From contig CAXXQS010000001.1 in NCBI GenBank assembly GCA_963674735.2, forward strand, positions 96,001-160,000: a stretch of DNA of 64,000 nt, written 5' to 3'. This stretch comes from Myxococcota bacterium (GTDB lineage Bacteria > Myxococcota_A > SURF-8). Below, piece after piece: positions 57,999-64,000 of this stretch. Numbering within the stretch: the first letter of the stretch is position 1; every line of letters begins with the position of its first letter. The notes beneath the pieces are model-generated. The model saw only the letters and a list, made by a program, of their open reading frames with translations. It did no database searches and was not told the DNA's origin. The translations under genes and the position numbers were made by a program.

Positions 57999-59135
57999 GT
58001 GATGAAGGTTATTTTACACCTCACGAAAAACTGCAATCTGCGTTGCCGCTACTGCTACGCGCCGGAAAAAGTAGACGAGCCGATGTCGCTGGAGGTGGCG
58101 CAAAAGGCCATCGATTTGGCCATCGAAACCGGCAAAACCAGCGCCTGCGTGTCGTTTTTCGGCGGCGAGCCACTGCTGCTTTTCGATCGCATGCAGGAGT
58201 TGACCGCCTATGCCGAGGCGCGCGGCGAAGAGAGCGGCACGGCCATGTACTTCCGGCTGTCCACCAACGGCACGCTGTTCACCGAAGAGAGCCTGGCTTT
58301 CTGTCGCGACCACAAAATTCTATTCGCCCTCTCGCTCGACGGCGACCGCGAGGCGCATAACGCCCAACGCGTCTTTCCCGACGGCACGGGCAGCTTCGAT
58401 GTCCTCGACGCCAAGCTGCCCATGATCCTGCATTACAACCCCTACACCGTCGTAACCAGCGTCATCACGCCGCCGACGGTGGGGCGCCTTTACGAATCGA
58501 TGGAGTATCTCTGGTCGCGCGGCCTGCGCTACGTCGTGCACCAACTCGACTATACCCATCCCGACTGGACCCCCGCGCATTTCGAGACGCTGGCGGAAAG
58601 CTACCGCAAGCTGGGTGCGTTTTACCTCGACCGCATGCGGGCGGGCGAGCGCTTTCATATGGGGCTGTTCGACGACAAGCTGAAGTCGCACACCCGCGAG
58701 CCGATCCGCTACGGGGCGATCTGCGATTTCGGGGCGAGGAAGGTCTCGGTGGCCCCCGACGGCACGATTTTCCCCTGCGTGCAGTTCGTCTCCGACCGCG
58801 ACGACGCCAAGCGTTACGCTATCGGACACGTGGAAAGCGGCTTTACGCCCCGGCGTCAGGAATTGATCACGCTCAACAAACGTCCGCGCCGTCCCTGCGA
58901 CAGTTGCGCCTTTCTGGGACGCTGCGCCAATTACTGCGGTTGCATGAGCTGGCAGTTGACCGGCCACGTGCTGGAAGTGCCGCCGATTCTATGCAGTCAT
59001 GAACGCATGCTCATCCCCATCGCCGACGAGCTGGGAACCCGCTTGTGGGAGGAGCGTAATCCGACGTTTCTAAATAAGCATTACAAGCATTTGCATCAGA
59101 TGATCGATCCGCAATCCCGGTATGCATTCGATTAA
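57999..59135 (+). CDS. Radical SAM/SPASM domain enzyme (peptide/protein maturase type)
   Basis: LHLTKNCNLRCRYCY, FFGGEPLL, STNGT, SLDG; SPASM cysteines CDFG...DGTIFPC...CDSC..GRC..YCGC...LC. Confidence 0.93.
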   Translation: MMKVILHLTKNCNLRCRYCYAPEKVDEPMSLEVAQKAIDLAIETGKTSACVSFFGGEPLLLFDRMQELTAYAEARGEESGTAMYFRLSTNGTLFTEESLAFCRDHKILFALSLDGDREAHNAQRVFPDGTGSFDVLDAKLPMILHYNPYTVVTSVITPPTVGRLYESMEYLWSRGLRYVVHQLDYTHPDWTPAHFETLAESYRKLGAFYLDRMRAGERFHMGLFDDKLKSHTREPIRYGAICDFGARKVSVAPDGTIFPCVQFVSDRDDAKRYAIGHVESGFTPRRQELITLNKRPRRPCDSCAFLGRCANYCGCMSWQLTGHVLEVPPILCSHERMLIPIADELGTRLWEERNPTFLNKHYKHLHQMIDPQSRYAFD

Positions 59136-59145
59136 GGGGGCTGCC

Positions 59146-60678
59146 ATGTCGCACACACCATTCAAAGTCAAACCCGTCAAACGCTATGGCGGGGCGCGTT
59201 ATCACTCGGAAGTCGGCACGGAGTTGACCGCGCGCGCCTGCTGGCTCTCGGCCATTGCCCCGGCCAAACTCGTGCGGGGAGCCGTGACCTTGCTTCTGGC
59301 CGCCAGTCTGGCACTGGGCGTGATGGCCTGCGGTGACGACACCACCATCCACATCAAACCCGGTGGCGGGGAGAACGTCGACGGCGATACCGACAGCGGC
59401 GAGTCGGGCGGAACGCCGCCTCCGCTGTTCTGCCTGGAAGAGGGCCTGATTTTCTGTGCCGATGAGGATAACGTGTGGTCCTGTGAAAACGGACTACCGG
59501 TGAAACGGGATTGCGACGAGGTCTGCCGGGAGGAACGCGGTTCCGAATATTACTCGATCCGGTGTGATGATGACGATCCGGAGGATCTGTGCCGCTGCAC
59601 CTACGACATTATGGAGGGCGAACCGGCGGAATGTGTGCCGGGAGACCTGCGCTGTCGCGACATATTCACTGCCGAAACGTGTTCGGACGGTTATTACGAG
59701 GCCATCAACTGCGATGTCTATTGCCAGGAGAACTACGGCTGGGAATACTATTCGATTGGCTGCGACAATGACAACCTCGACAATGCCTGTCAGTGCCAAT
59801 ATGGGATGACCGACGGCGAGGGGGTGCAATGCGAACCGGGAGACGTTCAATGTCGCAATGATAACACGGCTAAATTGTGCCCCAATTACTCTTATGTGGA
59901 GGTCGATTGCGATCTTTACTGCCAGCAAACTTACGGTTCGGATTACTACTCCATGGGCTGTGATGCCAATACTCCCGAGAACGTCTGCCTGTGCGAATAC
60001 GGTGTGACCGACGGCGAGCCGGCGGAATGTCAGCCGGGGGAGGCGTATTGTATCGATAACGACGAGATCGCCGTTTGCTCGGCGGACGACTACAGCTTCC
60101 ACCTCGAATTCTGTTCCGATTACTGCCGGACATATTACGGCAACGATTATTACTCCACCGGTTGCTATGAAAGCAACTACGACAATCCCTGCGGTTGCGA
60201 ATACGACATCGTCGACGGCGATATCGCGGAATGCTATGTCGGTGAAGAGGCCTGTGCGGCGGAGGGTGGCTTGTTGATGTGCATTCCCTATGGCGGGGAT
60301 GTGCCCGAAGGCCACGAGGGCGAAGCGGGTATGTGGGAATCCATCAGTTGCGACAGCTATTGCGTGGAGACCTACGGTGACGACTATTATTCGCCGATAG
60401 GTTGCCAGGCCGACGATCCGGACGACAACGGCGAGTTGTGCAGCTGTGAATACGGCGCGTTGGACGGTGTCGCGCCCAACGAATGCCTGCCCGACGAGGC
60501 TTATTGCGACCCCGACGACAACCTTGTGGCCTGCGACGGCGGAGAAGGCTGGGGCTATTGGGTCACCCAAAACTGCACGGACGCCTGCGCGGCGCTCGAT
60601 CCGCCGATGGTCTCCACCGGTTGCGACGCGGAAAATGCGGATAATCCCTGTTTGTGCGCCGAAGACGAGGATCGATGA
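59146..60678 (+). CDS. Cys-rich repeat lipoprotein with extended conserved leader (six 8-Cys modules); candidate radical SAM substrate
   Basis: Start ATG at 59146 (RBS AAGGGGG); leader MSHTPFKVKPVKRYGGARY...; lipobox VMAC with Cys62; six modules of roughly 65 aa or more. Confidence 0.85.
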   Translation: MSHTPFKVKPVKRYGGARYHSEVGTELTARACWLSAIAPAKLVRGAVTLLLAASLALGVMACGDDTTIHIKPGGGENVDGDTDSGESGGTPPPLFCLEEGLIFCADEDNVWSCENGLPVKRDCDEVCREERGSEYYSIRCDDDDPEDLCRCTYDIMEGEPAECVPGDLRCRDIFTAETCSDGYYEAINCDVYCQENYGWEYYSIGCDNDNLDNACQCQYGMTDGEGVQCEPGDVQCRNDNTAKLCPNYSYVEVDCDLYCQQTYGSDYYSMGCDANTPENVCLCEYGVTDGEPAECQPGEAYCIDNDEIAVCSADDYSFHLEFCSDYCRTYYGNDYYSTGCYESNYDNPCGCEYDIVDGDIAECYVGEEACAAEGGLLMCIPYGGDVPEGHEGEAGMWESISCDSYCVETYGDDYYSPIGCQADDPDDNGELCSCEYGALDGVAPNECLPDEAYCDPDDNLVACDGGEGWGYWVTQNCTDACAALDPPMVSTGCDAENADNPCLCAEDEDR

Positions 60679-60755
60679 CGGGTTCAGCCGGGACGCTCAG
60701 TGTGGATGGGTGAGCGGAGCTTGTAGACGGAGCGAAAAAGTAAAGGAACGCTGAT

Positions 60756-61745
60756 TTGTCACGCGATACATTCAAGCTGAAGCCCGTCAAACGCTATCAC
60801 GGGGCGCGTTATTATTCGGAAATGGGTCTCACGCTCCAGGCGCGCGCCTGCTGGCTGTCGACGATCGTCCCGGCCAGGCTTGCGCGGGGGGCCGTGACCT
60901 TGCTGCTGGCCGCCGGTCTGGCCTTCGGCGGTATGGGCTGTGAGGGGAAGTTAATCGAAGAAGTCGAACCGGACGGGGATCTGCCGCCCGTCAACAACGG
61001 AGTTTGCGAAGAAGGCGAAGTCCGATGCAACGATGAAACAACGGTCGGAGTCTGCCGCGATGGCCGTTTTCGGTTTCTGACCTGCAATAAATACTGCAGC
61101 AAATTCGTCAGTGATGAATATACCAGCCAAACGAATCGCTGTAGTGAAAGTGATCCGGAAAATCTGTGCAGTTGCGGTTTCGATTTCACTATCGGCGATG
61201 GAGAACCGGTTATGTGTAGGACCGGGGATATTATTTGCCACGAGGAGCAGACCATCGGAATTTGTGACAACCGCAATTTTTATCAATATACGGATTGCGG
61301 CCAATACTGCGAAGACAACTTCGGCAAAGGCTTTTGCCCCACCGTTTGCAAGGCCGACCAACCGGACAATCTCTGCGGTTGCCGCTACAACATCACCGAT
61401 GGCACGGCGCAAGAATGTGCGCCGGGATCGATCCGCTGCATGGACGATCACTATGGAAATAAAGATTGGGTGGGAATTTGCGTCGAGGGCCACTATCAGT
61501 ATCAGAAGTGCAAAAGCTATTGCATTGAAACGTTTGACCCCGGTTGGTATCCGCGCGATTGCGATGCCGACAAACCCGACGATTTTTGCGGCTGCCATCA
61601 AAAGACCGCGCCCGACGGGGATGAAGATACGGGAACGAATTTAGACGGTGACGCCGATACCGAATTGGAAGATGAGACGGATTTGGACGCGGAAGCGGGA
61701 TCCGAAGAGGATAGGGATACCCAAAGCGAAGCCGGGGAGTTATAA
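60756..61745 (+). CDS. Paralogous Cys-rich lipoprotein with the same leader (three 8-Cys modules)
   Basis: TTG start with RBS AAGGA; MSRDTFKLKPVKRYHGARY...; lipobox GMGC with Cys62; acidic DGD-containing tail. Confidence 0.85.
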   Translation: MSRDTFKLKPVKRYHGARYYSEMGLTLQARACWLSTIVPARLARGAVTLLLAAGLAFGGMGCEGKLIEEVEPDGDLPPVNNGVCEEGEVRCNDETTVGVCRDGRFRFLTCNKYCSKFVSDEYTSQTNRCSESDPENLCSCGFDFTIGDGEPVMCRTGDIICHEEQTIGICDNRNFYQYTDCGQYCEDNFGKGFCPTVCKADQPDNLCGCRYNITDGTAQECAPGSIRCMDDHYGNKDWVGICVEGHYQYQKCKSYCIETFDPGWYPRDCDADKPDDFCGCHQKTAPDGDEDTGTNLDGDADTELEDETDLDAEAGSEEDRDTQSEAGEL

Positions 61746-61787
61746 TACGCGATAAGTCGAAGCCGTGAAACCTACGCCGGGAGGTGC

Positions 61788-63680
61788 GTGATGAAACGGA
61801 TGATGATGTCGGGATTGTTGCTGCTGCTGTTGCTTGTTGTATTGGCGGCTTGCCTGGGTACCGAAGAGACGGTCAGCGGTAGCGACGGTGACGACCCCGA
61901 TGGCGATGACCCGGACGGCGACGACCCGGATGGCGACGACCCGGACGGCGACGAGCCGGATGGCCCCTGCGAAAAGAATTTCGACTGCATCCCCTCTCAA
62001 TATTGCGATTTCTGCGCGGCGTCCTCCTGTGCCAATTGCGACGACTGCCTGGCCCTGTGCGTGGATCATGGCTGCGGTACCGAGACGGAGAATACCTGCG
62101 GTCGGCCGCGCTCGGACTGTGTGGCGGGGCAGGTGTCGGTGATTCGCGACGGCTGCTGGGTCTGCGTCGACCGTGAAAGCTGCGCCTTTGTGCGTGATGC
62201 CCGCTGCGACGACGGCCTGCCGCTGCAGTGCAACAGTCCCACCCCCGAATGCGCCGCCGATGAAATCCTGGCGCATCAGCAAGGCTGCTATGTCTGCGTC
62301 AATCCCGATAACTGCGATCCGTGGAAAGAAACGGAGTGCGAAAGCGACCGCGATTGCTCGGCCGCCTACTACTGCGAAGAATGCTCCATGTCTTCCTGTC
62401 CGGACTGCGAGGACTGCATCGCCGGTTGCTGGCCGCATCTGTGTGAAACGGAATACGAGTTGCTGTGCGATATGGAGCGCCCCGCCTGCGGCGACGAAGG
62501 CGCGTCGGTGATTCGCGACGGTTGTTGGATCTGTGTGAATCGCGACAGCTGCGAACCGATCAACGGTGAGCACGATCCGAGTTGCGACGATGGCAGCGAG
62601 CCGTTATGCGACATGGTGGAACCGGTTTGCGACGGGCACGAAATCTTGGCCTACCGGAATAGCTGCTACCTCTGTGTCAATCCGGCTACCTGCGAGCCCT
62701 GGGGCGTGCCCAACTGCGCCGGCGATACGGATTGCCCGGTCGACCAATGGTGCAATGGCTGCGGATCGTCCTCCTGCCCGATCTGCGCCGATTGCGTGGC
62801 GGCCTGTGTGCCCCACGGTTGCGAAACGCAACCCGAAGCAACCTGCGATATGGCGCGCCCCGACTGCGGTGCAAGCGGTGTGGCGGTGATTCGCGACGGC
62901 TGCTGGATCTGTGTGAACCGCAGTACCTGTCAACCCACCGGCGGACACGATCCGAGCTGCGATGACGGCGCGCCGGTGACCTGCAACAGTCCGGCCCCCG
63001 AGTGCGGAACGTATGAAATTCTGGCTTATCAGGATGGCTGTCACGTCTGCGTGAATCCGGCCACCTGCAAACCCTGGGGTCAGGCGGGATGCGAGCACCA
63101 GGCCGATTGTCCGGTGGAGGATTACTGCGATCCTTGCGGCACCGCACCGTGTCCCGACTGCGATGCCTGTCTGCCCGCCTGCATGCCCCATGGTTGTCAG
63201 ACCGAGGCCGTGGCCACATGCAAAATGATGCGTCCCGATTGCGGGTTGGGAAAGGCGGCGGTGGTCAAGGACGGCTGCTGGGTTTGTGTGACCCTGGGCT
63301 CCTGTTCACCCACCCGCGACGAGCATTGCGACGACGGTACCGATCCTATTTGCAACATGGTCGAGCCCACCTGCGGCGAACATGAGATTCTGGCTTACCA
63401 GGATAACTGCTATGTCTGCGTCAATCCGCTCACCTGTAAACCCTGGGGGGAAAGCGGCTGCACGCACGACTATGATTGCGACGCGGCGCTTGCCTGTGAC
63501 GGCTGCGCGACCTCCTCCTGTCCTCTATGCGGCGATTGCGTGGCCGCTTGCGTGCCGCACGGTTGTCCCACCGAACCGGTTCCCGCCTGCTACATGATGC
63601 GTCCCGATTGCGATGCGGGCCAGGTGGCGGTGGTGCAGGATTTGTGCTGGGTCTGCGTGGACGACCAAACCTGCCAGTAA
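61788..63680 (+). CDS. Very Cys-rich repeat lipoprotein (about 4.5 units of 123-126 aa)
   Basis: Ordinary signal peptide with lipobox LAAC, (DGDDP)x4, then units of 20 Cys containing VIRDGCW.CV and EILAY...CY.CVNP.TC.PW. Confidence 0.88.
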   Translation: MMKRMMMSGLLLLLLLVVLAACLGTEETVSGSDGDDPDGDDPDGDDPDGDDPDGDEPDGPCEKNFDCIPSQYCDFCAASSCANCDDCLALCVDHGCGTETENTCGRPRSDCVAGQVSVIRDGCWVCVDRESCAFVRDARCDDGLPLQCNSPTPECAADEILAHQQGCYVCVNPDNCDPWKETECESDRDCSAAYYCEECSMSSCPDCEDCIAGCWPHLCETEYELLCDMERPACGDEGASVIRDGCWICVNRDSCEPINGEHDPSCDDGSEPLCDMVEPVCDGHEILAYRNSCYLCVNPATCEPWGVPNCAGDTDCPVDQWCNGCGSSSCPICADCVAACVPHGCETQPEATCDMARPDCGASGVAVIRDGCWICVNRSTCQPTGGHDPSCDDGAPVTCNSPAPECGTYEILAYQDGCHVCVNPATCKPWGQAGCEHQADCPVEDYCDPCGTAPCPDCDACLPACMPHGCQTEAVATCKMMRPDCGLGKAAVVKDGCWVCVTLGSCSPTRDEHCDDGTDPICNMVEPTCGEHEILAYQDNCYVCVNPLTCKPWGESGCTHDYDCDAALACDGCATSSCPLCGDCVAACVPHGCPTEPVPACYMMRPDCDAGQVAVVQDLCWVCVDDQTCQ

Positions 63681-63832
63681 CGAGCGAGGCGCATCCGCGT
63701 TTCGTTCTCATTTCCCTTTCGGCGACTCGTCGGGCTGTGCTATGATCGGCCCCGCCCGGCGGTCCGGTTTTTTTGTCGCAGTGAAGCCGCCGCGTCGTCT
63801 GTCATTTTGCGACTGCCCGAGAGGAGCCCAAT

Positions 63833-64000
63833 ATGCAAATCAAAGCCGATATCGTCGGACGTCCCCTGGCCGCGCAAAACCGCGTGCTCAACTGGCGCGA
63901 CACGATGAACTTCGCCGCCTCAGTCGAGGATGTCAATCCCTGGTACCTCAACGATACGCGCCCCGAGGGCATTCTGGTCCCGCCGCTGTATGCCTTTGCG
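63833..64000 (+). CDS. MaoC-like dehydratase N-terminus (partial, runs off the right edge)
   Basis: RBS GAGGAG then MQIKADIVGRPLAAQNRVLNWRDTMNFAASVEDVNPWYLNDTRPEGILVPPLYAFA, resembling the (F/Y)A..VGD.NP.Y.D...PP.F pattern. Confidence 0.65.
   Translation, partial: MQIKADIVGRPLAAQNRVLNWRDTMNFAASVEDVNPWYLNDTRPEGILVPPLYAFA

Noticed and set aside
57999-59135. Annotation as anaerobic sulfatase maturase
   Set aside because: No sulfatase is present in the window and the adjacent genes carry a shared leader; not fully excluded without a phylogeny.

Overview
A GC-rich bacterial chromosome segment. Gene content (HTH-pilMNOPQ, MglC-like roadblock, SgmX-like TPR, TIGR02147, MopE-like and ASH-domain lipoproteins) points to a Myxococcota or other deltaproteobacterial lineage; this is inference. 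Left part: housekeeping genes (DEAD-box helicase, pdxST, efp, aroQ, M24 peptidase), a TnpA-only IS200-type element and a conserved type IV pilus/polarity locus. Right part: accessory genes, including many Cys-rich lipoproteins with Asp-Gly-Asp (DGD) runs, two STAND NTPases (a cyclase-like/CHAT caspase/NTPase/TPR fusion and a NACHT-pentapeptide protein), sulfur genes (sat, cysK, D-cysteine desulfhydrase-like) and two radical SAM enzymes. Best candidate for an undescribed system is 57.8-63.7 kb: a predicted sigma54 promoter with IHF site and palindromic enhancer sites precedes a radical SAM/SPASM enzyme. Two Cys-rich lipoproteins follow, sharing a 62-aa RiPP-like leader plus signal peptide (FKxKPVKRYxGARY...ARACWLS...) and a recurring linker motif (Y/F)-x-h-x-(D/E)-G-x, suggesting leader-directed modification of surface lipoproteins. 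Second candidate is the cyclase-caspase-STAND-TPR fusion. No rRNA, tRNA or CRISPR array was recognised. All assignments come from reading motifs by eye; no searches were run.
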